This document shows, one piece after another, positions 46,800 through 58,160 of a stretch of 64,000 nucleotides of DNA; position 1 is the first letter of the stretch, and each line of letters starts with the position of its first letter. The DNA comes from Geosiphon pyriformis uo1 (lineage: Eukaryota; Fungi; Glomeromycota). The DNA lies in assembly GCA_016748015.1 (NCBI GenBank), contig JAAOMT010000057.1, forward strand, positions 204,763 through 268,762, read 5' to 3'. A program made the position numbers and the translations under genes. Under the pieces are notes generated by a model. It was given only the letters and a program-made list of their open reading frames with translations, was not told the origin of the DNA and ran no database searches.

Positions 46800-47199
46800 A
46801 AATTTTGTTTTAGGAAAGTCTACAAACTTTACATTTTGGAGTTTTCAGCTAATTAATCCTTGTCTTCTAGTACAAAAATTCAAAATAGAGCTGTTTAGAT
46901 GATATAAGATTTTGTGTACAAGGTTAATCCAAAATAGTACATTAGTCGGCAACATTAAAGCGTAGAATTTGGTATAATAGGACAACTAAACCGAAAAAGA
47001 TTTCCCAACATCTACAGTTTTAAAATAATGACTCCTAGCTAATTTTGATTCAAGCAATTCAGAAATCAAGTTGAGATTCCCAGATTTCCAGGTTGGATAA
47101 ATCTTTCATAAATGATTTCTTCCCTTACATATAGATATCAGAATGTAATTCTTGAACACCATTCCCTCTTAAAGTATGAGAAAATTTTATATTATTTGC

Positions 47200-48099
47200 T
47201 CAAAATCCCTTGGGTGTTTGACGCATAGTGACTTTAGTGAAATGGCGAACTTTGTGAAATGATTTGCGATAATTTTTGTGGGTCCTGCTAAAAACAGTGT
47301 ACTTGTCCCTGGGGGACATTTCCGATTCTCTGGGAGTTTGTTGTTTTACCACCTCCTGTGATATGTTCAAAGCAGAGAATCACCGATTTTTACGAATGTG
47401 TGGTTTATTTTGGTGTTACGATAAATCAATTTTATTCATCAAAAATGAAAGTTGTCCATTGTAATTAAGAATATTTAGAATTGAGAATCAAAGCGAAGAA
47501 TTTCAAAAACGCCTTTACTCTTACCAAAGCCTTCAACTTAACACCAGATGCGGTCAATGCATCCAACACTTTATCGACAGCTTTTAAACGTTTACGCACA
47601 TTTGCTTTCCGCGTTTGGCTCATTCGCCATGGATTTTTCCTGATGAGGTAAGAGATAGGATCAGGGTGAGATAACAAGGTGCAGGGGTCAATATGTAAGA
47701 TAATGAACGTCGAAAAGATACAGGATGAAAGCAATCAATGAAGGAAATAGAAAATTTTGATTTGGAATTCGGTTAAGGGGACGTGAGACAACAATCAATC
47801 AAGAAAATTAAGCAAACACGTAAAAAAAGCCCATATCTTTCCTCTGGATCTGTATAACAATTGATTATATCTAGATACCCCTAATCATCTTCAATTTTGC
47901 TTTTCAAACCTCGATACACCTAGAAAAAAGTACGTTGTAAAACATAACTCAGATAATTATTGTATCGACAAGAAATATAGTGGTATATCTTCTCTCAGCT
48001 CCCTTTGTTTCTGGCTTTTATACTGATACATTTTTATTCGAATACCCACCATAATAAACCACCAAAAGCAACAGCTGTGGTCTTGAACGCGCCAAACAT
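47200..48099 (-). CDS. MRPL31: Mitochondrial ribosomal protein L31 (mL60); exons 48099-48050, 47639-47525, 47355-47200
   Basis: Spliced product MFGAFKTTAVAFGGLLW-KNPWRMSQTRKANVRKRLKAVDKV…PRESEMSPRDKYTVFSR…YRKSFHKVRHFTKVTMRQTPKGF*. Confidence 0.93.
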
Positions 48100-48461
48100 T
48101 TTTTATCTATAGAGATCATTAAAAAATCCACCATTTCACTTAGGCAAGAATCTTCAATGATCACATGAAGATTCAGAAAAATTTTGTCCAAGTATAAAAT
48201 TGCAAAGGGTGGGGAAAGTTAACCTCTATTCCCGTCTATAATCTTTTCTTGCTAGGTAAGTTTGCTCCATTTTCTTCTATCTATCCTTGAGAATAGAATA
48301 TCCATCCATCTCTTATTATTTCCTGCCTTCATCATTTACATATTATATTCCTTACTGACTTACAGCGAAATATTTTTTTAATAAACATCATTATACAAAT
48401 TTTTTTCGTCTTTAATGTTAACTCAATTTACATCTCGTATATTGGCAATCAGTAAAGAAAA

Positions 48462-48622
48462 ATGAGAGACAAGTGGAAAAAGAAAAGAACTAGACGCCTT
48501 AAACGAAAGAGAAGAAAGATGCGCGCTCGCTCTAAGGTGATTTTTTTTGAATATTATGAAAGCTAAGGGCACTTCCAGTTCGCTTTCTTTTTTCTAACCC
48601 TGTTTTTAACCCATGTTAGTAA
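48462..48622 (+). CDS. RPL41: Cytosolic ribosomal protein eL41, 25 aa; intron 48537-48619 immediately before the TAA
   Basis: MRDKWKKKRTRRLKRKRRKMRARSK, then GT…ctaac…TTAG|TAA; probable 5'UTR intron from GTAAGT at 48256. Confidence 0.95.
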
Positions 48623-49123
48623 ACTTTGACGGTCGAGATATAACAAGGAAAAAGCGCTCTCGGCCGAAATTAGAGTACTAAAAGAAATCTGACGTTTGTA
48701 AGCGCCCAACTATGCCAAAAAGAGGCTTACAATTGCTATACAAGATGATTTGCAGGTTTTCTCAGTCCGAGTTGGCCATATCATGCTTCGGTGATGAATG
48801 TAAAAATCGATTGGAGTTTCTGAAAAAAGATCGAAAATAAAATCAATATCTTAATGGGTTCTAGCATTAGAATTTCATCTATTACCGATAATAATTGTGG
48901 TTTCAATTGACTGAATTGGTTCCCGAGACATCTTTTCACATACCTGATACCTAAACCTTGTAATAAAAATGATTTAACGCCTGAGACGAACAATTGCCAC
49001 TATGCAAGATGCTAAGATTGATTCGCATCACAATTTAACTCCTCAGACTTAAATTAAAAGTCTTCAATTTTTGAGGGATTCAAATTCTGACAGCTACCAT
49101 AGCTCCTTACTCCTTTATTATTA

Positions 49124-51229
49124 CTAGATGGATTTCCCGTTAGCATTTGAGTTTTTCTTCAAAAACTGCTTTTGAGGGTGTAACCCTTCGATCATTGCTT
49201 CTAAGAAAAGTCGCTTTTTAGATAAAGAATAAGAATTATTTTGCCCGAGTAACATGTTTACCGAATGTATAATATCAGGATTGATATCGATAGAATTGGA
49301 TTCTACTGCTTTTTGAGCAACAACAGGAAGAGTAAAGTAATGCTCATACGCTCCCCCTATACGCTCCCCAGTAAATAAATTAAAATTATCTAACGGTTCC
49401 CAATTCTGATCAAATTTCTGCCAATTAATATCTTTTCTCACAAAATTAATAGGTCTTAACAACTTGGTCTCCCTTCGGCTCGCGAACTTATTTCGATTCC
49501 AGTTTGTGGAATCACTGCGATCTGCCAGGGCGTTCCTACCTACATTCCTATAATCTCGATTCCGGGTTGTGACATTACTTTGATCTCCTGGGGCATTCCT
49601 GCCTGTATAACTTCCTGAATAGTCTTTTTGATTACTGGGTTGTACAGGTGGTGGATTTCTCTCTAATTGCGCTTTTTGTGGTTTCTTTTCATGAAGGCTC
49701 ATTACTTGCAAAACACAATCAAACATATCATCATTCAACAAAGATAGGAGCTTTTCCTTGCTCTCAATTTTATCCAATTTCCATTTCGATGCGGAGTTAT
49801 CAGCAGATGTTTTTGTAGTCTTCGCATCCAAAGAAATTTTTGAGAACTGTTTGGGCGCTTTATTCTCGTTAAATTTAAATGAAGTTTCTTGATCCACAAT
49901 AATCTTTGTTTCGTCAGGAATTTTAATCAAATTCCCTTTTAATGGCATTGTTGCAATATTCTCGGATATTTTTGGAGCTTTTTGATCTAAATTGATCTTT
50001 GTTTGACCGGGAATTTCGATTTTAATCAATTTCCATGGCAATTGTGTAGTACGTTCTGATTCTTTTGGAGTTTTCGGCCTCCTATTCTCTAGTAATATAT
50101 CTCCGTTGATTGAAATCGAATTAGGGTCAAATTTAGGTTCTTGATCCAACTCTAAAATAGGGGTTAACAGTTGGCTTATGTTTAAACGTGAGTCTATTTG
50201 TGAAGGGGATGGAGATTGTTTTTTTTCTATCTCTGGGGAGAATGAGTTTGAAGCAGAATGGTTAGGTGAATCATGCAAGGCCTCTGAATTATTAATTGAA
50301 TCATCTATGTTCCATTTTTCAATAGGACCCGAACTTTTTCGCATATGTGGTGCAAAATCGTTTATGGTAGAATCGTGAATTGGCAATTGGGGCACGTCAA
50401 TAAATTCTAAATCAGAAAATTGACCATCCACGTTGAGTTTTTCCAAGTGTCCTTGTTCAGATTGATTTGGAATGCGGATAGCCTGAGAGGCTATTATGTG
50501 ATCAGTGGGGATTAACACTTCTTTATTCAGAGAGACAGTGGCTGGCCATTTATGTTGGATAACCTCTTCTCCCAATTCAAATAGTTCATCAAGTTGGATT
50601 CTCGTTCGAATTTGAGAAGCATAGGCTTCAATTCCAGATATTGGCCGTGAATAAATACTCCCAGATGCTTTATTAGGATTTTGTAGATAAGTCTCTAATG
50701 GGGAATCATATTGTTTTTCGGGTAATGCATCTCTAGCTGAAATTTGAGAAACTGAGAGTAAGTACTTGGGTGTTCCTTCTGGCATATCGCTCACAATCTT
50801 TAATTTTTTAAAAGATTTTTGCTTCTGAATCTTGGTTAAATTATCTTTTAGCTCTGATTCGCTAAAGGAAATCGGGATTTTCGATGGGTGTAAATCATCA
50901 CAGGGTGTCAATACTTCAAGTTTTATGGCTGTTTTTTTCTCAAGAGCATCAGCAAATCGTACGTCTTGAGTATCCTTCCTTCCTATTATTTCGCTTAGTG
51001 GTGTTTTGGGCTCTGACTCAGTAGAAACAAACGGGGTGTTTCGACTTTCATTTTGCTCCCTATTGACTTCAAAATTTTTGCCAGTTAGGGTTATTTGAGG
51101 CAAATTTCCCCGACCACGGCCTCGGCCAACAGAGAGGGAAGTAAAAAAGTGTCCTTGTTGGTTAGGAATCTTTGGAAAAAGTAAATCTTGTAGAGGCCCA
51201 TGTCGACAACATTTAAGTGGTTTAACCAT
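49124..51229 (-). CDS. 701-aa mostly low-complexity protein, possibly mitochondrial, with an mS31/mS46-like C-terminal motif
   Basis: Intact single-exon ORF with CpG retained; basic N-terminus with GRGRGRG; C-terminal LGQNNSYSLSKKRLFLE. The CDS is well supported, the function is tentative. Confidence 0.75.
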   Translation of the reverse strand: MVKPLKCCRHGPLQDLLFPKIPNQQGHFFTSLSVGRGRGRGNLPQITLTGKNFEVNREQNESRNTPFVSTESEPKTPLSEIIGRKDTQDVRFADALEKKTAIKLEVLTPCDDLHPSKIPISFSESELKDNLTKIQKQKSFKKLKIVSDMPEGTPKYLLSVSQISARDALPEKQYDSPLETYLQNPNKASGSIYSRPISGIEAYASQIRTRIQLDELFELGEEVIQHKWPATVSLNKEVLIPTDHIIASQAIRIPNQSEQGHLEKLNVDGQFSDLEFIDVPQLPIHDSTINDFAPHMRKSSGPIEKWNIDDSINNSEALHDSPNHSASNSFSPEIEKKQSPSPSQIDSRLNISQLLTPILELDQEPKFDPNSISINGDILLENRRPKTPKESERTTQLPWKLIKIEIPGQTKINLDQKAPKISENIATMPLKGNLIKIPDETKIIVDQETSFKFNENKAPKQFSKISLDAKTTKTSADNSASKWKLDKIESKEKLLSLLNDDMFDCVLQVMSLHEKKPQKAQLERNPPPVQPSNQKDYSGSYTGRNAPGDQSNVTTRNRDYRNVGRNALADRSDSTNWNRNKFASRRETKLLRPINFVRKDINWQKFDQNWEPLDNFNLFTGERIGGAYEHYFTLPVVAQKAVESNSIDINPDIIHSVNMLLGQNNSYSLSKKRLFLEAMIEGLHPQKQFLKKNSNANGKSI

Positions 51230-51360
51230 TAATCAGAAATAAAAATCAAATTTCCAAATCTTGGAAAAAAAATGGAGTTCAAGAAATTCAAAATAATATG
51301 ATTGGAGCGGGCGCATCAATGTGATGGGAATAATTTATTTTTTTAACCACATTATTTCTC

Positions 51361-52521
51361 TTATAGATTTTGCAAAGTTTTCTTTAACTCGATATATGTA
51401 TCATCCGTATGTTGTTGAATGGTTACATTCTCTTTGTCATCGTTTAATGATTTCCTAGCCAACAATGATACAGGTAAATTAGAAGATACACTTCCACTAG
51501 CACGTTTATGAGAGGATGACAAAGAGGGACCCTCACTAAAAGGCATTGATTCCTCATCCATGCTAAAGTCTCTTGGTAAAAATACGTCTTCATCACCAAA
51601 AGCATCGTTATCCTCCAACTTAATAAGTTTTTCTGTCTTCTTGATCACTTGATCCACGAGCCAAAATTGCACAATGTTCATTATTAAAGGAAAAATTAGC
51701 ATGACAAAAACCACTTGAAGTTTGGTGCTCTGTTCCGTCCAGCGTATCGCCCATTCTCCAACTTCGAATAACAAAGGAGCAGTACGGAGTATTAACACCA
51801 CAATTATTTTCATAGTAAATAGTGAAATGATAAATCCCACTAGTTGTTTAAACCACCATGTTATTCTTGGTGGTGAGCCATAATCACCACTTTGCATTCC
51901 TATTGAATTCAAGAGATTAGTCTGATTTTAAATATGTAGAATTCGAAAGCTTATGATCACATTACCTTCCACTCCAAATGCAGTTATTACCAATTGCAAT
52001 ATCTTGAGAATTGAAAACAATATAAAAACTCCTAATGTACAATCCAAAAATATATTTAGAAAATACCTAAATGAACCAAGAGTGAAAAGAGATTTAAAAC
52101 TATGCTTGAAGGTTGAAATATAATATAAAAAGTAAAAGGCGATATTTTACCAAACACAAGGATTCGAGTCCTCCTCGACACTTTTTCCCGCAATCACAGA
52201 AGCAAGTAAATTTAGCCCATGCATCATAAAAGACCCAATAATCTGTTTGCTGACGTCGAAGAACCTGTAAAAGTAATATTGGAAACATGTTGAAAATGAG
52301 AATTGGTGGTGCTGAAAAGGCGGAGTTTAACTTGTTGAGAAAAACCGTTTTGCAGACAATAATAAGACGGAAATATTTTTGCAAGTGTACCATATTCGTA
52401 AAGGTCTCTGTGGTCGTTCACGATGCCGTTTATAAATTAGTGTTGAGAACGCAATTGTCCCCAACAAAATTTGTACTAAAATCGCAAATCGATCTAATAG
52501 CGCGCACTGTTTTTCACCCAT
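51361..52521 (-). CDS. STIMATE/TMEM110/YPL162C-family vacuolar membrane protein, 4 exons
   Basis: CALLDRFAILVQILLG…KRHRERPQRPLRIW|FFDVSKQ…NPCVW|YFLNIFLDCTLG…SGDYGSPP…VFVMLIFPLIMNIVQFWLVDQVIK. Confidence 0.92.
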
Positions 52522-52917
52522 TTCTCAAGTAAAAGTTTTTATTTCTAGCGGATATTTTCTAATGTATAATTGACATGGGAGAAACAAAGAGTACTATCAA
52601 AGAATAGGCGGAGTTCTAATTTTTACATTGGGGATTAACTAAAGTTAAAAGGCTAAATTTATCGCATTTATTTTCAGGGCATTTGGGGCTATTTTTATAC
52701 AACCTGGTTTTTTAACCATTTCGGGAACTCAGCTGTCTTGAGATGCAGACTGCTCTTATTTTGTTCTAGTGATCTTTTTGTATTGCCTCACACAGCCATT
52801 TCTGTAATTGATCAGCATCAGTCAAGATGTAATTTGTCGCGTTTTATATTTTTAGATCTATCAACGCGTCTTTTATGGTGGTTCTTTCCGTTGGCATCCG
52901 CGCAATACAATACGATA

Positions 52918-54006
52918 ATGGTCAGCTCCCGGCGCAATGCTGGTGGTCGACCTGTCGAGTTACGGCGTCCTGAGCCTACTTCTGCGCCGACGCCAATGGT
53001 TAACTTGAATTCTGTATTGGATTTAGCAAATGAATTTGGATATCAAGTTTGTAAAGTTGGGATCATATATCATAAAAAGAATATTTATGAAAAGTGGCAA
53101 TGATTTTAGTAATCTTTCATTAATAGATTTCAAGTTTCACCCACTCAACACAGATTACGTCTTCTATAAGATTGATGGATCTATTGGATGAGTTACTATC
53201 AGTACAAGATAATATTGAAAAGGTGTCATTATATTATGTGACCATCGAAAACCAACTTAGTGTACAATTAATTCTGACTCATAAAAACAAAATAATATAT
53301 ACACATGGGATATTAGCTTCGAAAAGATATTATAAAGTTCAAGGATACACAAGAGACCCATGATCTAGTCCAATCATCCGAACTAGGTATCAAAGTAATT
53401 TGTCTATCATTTAAACCTTGACTGAATCATTATGATTTATTAACCTGGAATGATTTCCAAGAGAAAAAAATTACAATTCTTAAAGATTTGGGCAAACAAG
53501 TCGAATTGATCTTAGAAAATAAACAAATTCTCATTACACGTCTCAAGGATCCGTACATTGGTGACCATATTGATGTGGAGCCACAATATCATCAGTACGA
53601 ATTGCAATTGAATCCAACTCGCAATTTTTTGACAATTCCTGGCTGAATATTTTATGTTCATGGTATTCAGGGTAGTGGCCGAATTATTCCCAACTATCAT
53701 GCAAAATATCGCGCTTGTACCACATGATTTGGAGAGCATGAAATGGATAAAGGACCACAATCAGACATTACTCTCTGGCGAGAAATTAGTAAGCAGACAT
53801 ATCGACTACATTTACCAATACTTCCTGCTCGAATAACTTAGTATTTTATTAATGATAATTCTTTTCAGAATAAGCAGATTTCCTCCTCCACGTCACTTAT
53901 CGCAATGTACGGTAATTATGCAGCTACTCTTGATAGGGTTCGAAACATCGTCGAGGAAATGCGAAATTCCTATAAAGGTAAAGGCAAAGAAAAGAATATA
54001 ATGTAA
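52918..54006 (+). CDS. HAUS2: Augmin complex subunit 2 (HAUS2/AUG2-like), 6 exons
   Basis: Spliced …THDLVQSSELEKKITILKDLGKQVELILENKQILITRLKDPYIGDHIDVEPQYHQ… matches the recalled AUG2/HAUS2 core (KKIETL…NKDRIIARLQQPY…IPVEAEYQ). Confidence 0.8.
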
Positions 54007-54102
54007 AGCTACAAAAATCACCTGGAAATCCTTTCTGCTATTTATTATATTGTTCAAGTAAATCTCTTTTGAAATCAAACTCGATCCAGAGCAAAATTCC
54101 TT

Positions 54103-55529
54103 TCATTGCATGATATGCCATTCTAATTGCCGTTCTGTTTGAGTCGAGACATCTCTTTTTTGCTTGAAAATATTAGGATAAACAAATCTTTGATCGTATT
54201 CATTTGCAACTTCCGCAAACAAAACCTCTTTATCTTTCATATAAGCCGTGTAAATTTTTACAATTATCGACACCTAAAATCGGAAGGTCAAAATCGAATA
54301 TTTTAGGTCAGGCTTATACATGCTAAAAGGTTCAGATTTAAGCTTACTTGACATGCAATAAAAGCAGCGACTGGCAAGTAAAATTTCCAATTATCCGAAT
54401 CAAGGCCCATCATAACCATTACTTGTGGAGGAGAAAAATAACTAATTTCAAAAAGATCAAAGTTTACAATCTGCTAGATTTTTGGGAAAATTTAGCCCGT
54501 TTCCTATATTCCACTAGAGGTATGAGGGCTTACCAGAAAAGATGCAAAGAATATGGTGAAGGATCCCATATATGGAGCTCCCAAACCTTTGATTGGCCAC
54601 CAGAAACTGCATTTTGAAAGAAGTATTTATAGATTGGATATCTAGTAATATTATGAGTAAAAATTTATAAAAAAATTTATAAAAATTCAAAATGACAATC
54701 ATAAAGTAGAATTACATCAAACTCCAGGGAGAAGACTCCGCCCAATATGGCACGTCTGAATTCCAATCTACCAAGTGAGCATTAGTAGTCCTTGGCTTAT
54801 CCTGAGAAAAGTGATGAAGCATCAGAAACAATTATTTCAGTTAACATTAAAGATTCTGCTCAAAAGGAAAACCTTCCTAGCAAGTTCTGAAACTTGAAAT
54901 TCATTAAAATCACTTACGATCGTCTTATGCTGAAACATACGATACTTCTTGATTTTCAATCCAAGATGAAGAAAATTGATGATGCTTACTGACAACAGAA
55001 GATACTCAATTATCTCCAACTGGAAGGCAGGAAAGAATAAATATGAATTAACATTGAGAAAAGAAATCTCTAATTTCAACTGAGTTGGTTGTCAACCTTG
55101 AACCCAAAATGAGATCTTTCCATAAATTCTTCCGAATTGAGTAATTTCGGACGATCAAACCGATAAGCGATTTTCACACATAGAAGAATTACATTCAAAG
55201 TGGCAGCCGTTAAGAAGCTGTATATTTATATAGCTATTTAATGACCCCGCTTCTCGTAAAATACAATGAAATTGACTTTCATCCCTTAAAGTAACATTCC
55301 ACGCATCCCAATCAAGTGACTCGTAGTCATCAATCCACATCATTATATATTCGAAGGGTGCACCAGTTAATCGTTTCCACAACCCTTCACGCCGGACAAT
55401 ATGTTGTCTAGGGGTTTTAGTGATTACAGTTTGAGTTGACTGTTTTTTGTGAGCTAATAAGGTGTCGTTCTTCAGCTTTTGTTTCATCTGATGATATAAA
55501 ATTTGTTGTTCAACTTGACGATTGGCCAT
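54103..55529 (-). CDS. Nuclear rim protein Nur1/Mug154 (DUF2418), 7 exons
   Basis: IVRR…P…W…YESLDWD; KKYRMF…PRTTNA; VWELHIWDPSPYSLHLFCYFSPPQV; DKEVLFAEVANEYDQRFVYP…KRDVSTQT. Confidence 0.88.
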
Positions 55530-55702
55530 TTCGCAGGTTGCTCAATGAAAACTAAAGTATTAGGCACTTTGAGAAATGCAGTTAAAGATTGATACTATCT
55601 ATAAGGGACGCGACATGCACATCTTTACCTATTGTAGAGGTGAAGTCACTACTCAAAACTACAACAAATCCCAATTATGTTCTGAGAAATTGGAATTTTA
55701 TA

Positions 55703-55774
55703 GGGCTCCAGCGGGAATTGAACCCGCGACCTCTCGCACCCAAAGCGAGAATCATACTACTAGACCATAGAGCC
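55703..55774 (-). tRNA. tRNA-Pro (TGG), intronless
   Basis: GGCTCTATGGTCTAGTAGTATGATTCTCGCTTTGGGTGCGAGAGGTCGCGGGTTCAATTCCCGCTGGAGCCC: cloverleaf with anticodon arm CTCGC-TTTGGGT-GCGAG and T-loop GTTCAA. Confidence 0.96.
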
Positions 55775-56329
55775 ATTCTTAAAATAAAGTTCTTTTTTCA
55801 CTATTACAAACCAATTTATAGCTTTATAATGCAAAATTTTTTGGTTTAAGAGTTATTTAATTACACATAATACAATTAAAATTATTTTTGTAAATTATCT
55901 TTTTATATTAAAATATGTTGTATTTAAATTTTTTTATTGTTATAACAAAGTATAACTTAATTATCTACTATAATATAAGATTATAATATTTTACAAATAT
56001 ATAATTTATGCTTTTTTTTACATATAATTAATTATTTAAATTAGTTAAATTATAAAAAAATATTTAATTTATTATATAACAAAAAATAATTACAAAATCA
56101 ATTATATATATAAAAGTTTTAAACTAATATGTAAATTAACAAAAACTAATTTTAAAATTAAAACTATGTAAAATATTAATTTATTTAATATTAATATAAA
56201 AAACTGTAATTAGCATTAAAAATACCCAAAAAACTTCTTTCTCTTATTCATTCTAAATTCCCAAAAAGAGTCAAAAGTTTTTTTTGAAAAAAGTTTTTTT
56301 AACATTCAGTATAATAAAACCAAACCATT

Positions 56330-58160
56330 TTTTGATTTCAAGATTACTGTTGGCCTTAGTATTGTCATCATAAAGAAAGTTGCTAAAGATTCTGGTGTTG
56401 GAAGAGATTTCAAGCCTGTTTTGTCAAGAAAAAAGAGAAAAAGTGTTACTTTAGAGGAGGGTATTGGTGGGAAAAAAATGCCAACTAAAGTGCCAAGTGG
56501 TCATTCATGGGATTTTGAGACTGGTAACACCACCAAGTCTGAAAGTATTGATATAGAGAAAGAATGTCTAGTAGAAGAAACCAGCTTTGACTATGGTGAA
56601 AGTAAAATTTTTGCTGATGAAGATCATAATCAAATGCCTAAAGGGCCAAGTGTCAAGACTAAAAAAGCATTAGGCAAGTCATTAGGAAAGAAAAATTTCT
56701 CAGATTGTGATAATAATGATGATGTTCTTTCGGATATCTTCTTAGAACTTTCTTCTTCCTTAAAGAATTTGGTTACTGTTTTTGTTAGGAAATCTTTTGC
56801 TTTGAATATTGGCTTAAATAAAGTAATTAGAAAATTTTCTCAAGAGAAGCTAATGATGGTTAAGAAGTTGTTTTCAAAAGTCAATGGTTTTGGGGAGGCC
56901 TCTACTCCCTCAAAATTCTTAGAGATTATCTGTGCTTCCTTTACTTCTGAATCTAGTTTGGCACAGGCTACAGAAAAGGCAAGAGTGGCAAACATTTTGG
57001 TAAATTCTGATCTTAAAAAATCAACTAGTCATTCAGATCAGACTGTGGTGATAAAAGAAATTCCAGTTGGAACATCAGTTGAGGCTGTACATATCACACT
57101 ATCCAAGTTTGGAATTATTAAGTCAATCAAAATGCAATTGGTGAGGCTGTAGCAGAAGACAGTAGTAGAATTTAAGCAATTAAATCATGCTGATTTAGTT
57201 GCAGCTAAGTGGTCTATCCTAATTAGGAAGGATGCCATATGTGTTGCCAGGGCTAATCTGGACAAAGAAACATGGGATGCAAGAGATCATCATAGGGCAC
57301 TGCTCTATACTCTGCCAATAGAGACTAATGCTCATAATATCTGAGATTTTGTTAGATCTGTGGGTGGAAAAACTTACATTATCAATTGCCATCCAGTTAT
57401 ATATGCCTAGGTCAGATACACTGTTGTTTATTTCAATTCTGCTGATTTATTAGATGCTGTTGTAGGAACCACACCTGTGCTTAGAGGCACTAAGTTATGC
57501 TAGTCTAGTCTTATTTTCACCAGATGCATTAAATGTGAGAAGTCGGATTATACATTAATAAGCTGTGCTAAAGGTAAGAAAGTTTCTTTTGGTAATTTAT
57601 CATGTAGAATGCTTTTAGATGCAGATAAAAGCAGACTGGCCATGATATACTCCAAACATTCTGCTCCAGTTGTTTGCCCCATTTTTTTTGGTGGCCTCTC
57701 TTGGACAAAGATTGCAAATGGGTTTTCTTCTCCCCCTCTCTCTGGCCAAGTTGTTTCAATGAATAGTGACTTCTTTTTAGAGATGAAGCTGTCCCTTATG
57801 GTTGTGTCTGTAATCAATAATAGGTTTGCCACTTTTGAGTACAGTCTTACCAGCCTTGCAGAGCGTGTTGACATGCTGGCTAAAAGGTTGAAAACACTTG
57901 AGCCAATGGTTTCCCAGCTTAGTTCTGGATGTCAGCCATTGATGATTCCTTTATTACAGAATCAAAGAGTAGATATAGTGATGAGTAAGAGTTCAGGTGT
58001 GGCTGCTGGTAGTGGGACTGCTGTGGGGGTGGTGGTTTTCAACTCTTCTGTTATTAGAAAAATAAAAAACACTTTAAAAAATTTTGCTATTATGATTATG
58101 GGTCTTTCAGCCAAAATGGACAATGTCAGTTTGGTTCCTGCTGTTTCCTTCTCTCAATGA
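56330..58160 (+). pseudogene. LINE ORF1 (RRM-like region, zinc knuckle, coiled C-terminus)
   Basis: VVIKEIPVGTS…LSKFGIIKSIKMQL; decayed CCHC RCIKCEKSDYTLISC (~57523-57567); true start uncertain. Confidence 0.75.

Noticed and set aside
55576-55849. ORFs 55576-55770 and 55589-55849
   Set aside because: They are antisense read-through of the tRNA-Pro gene
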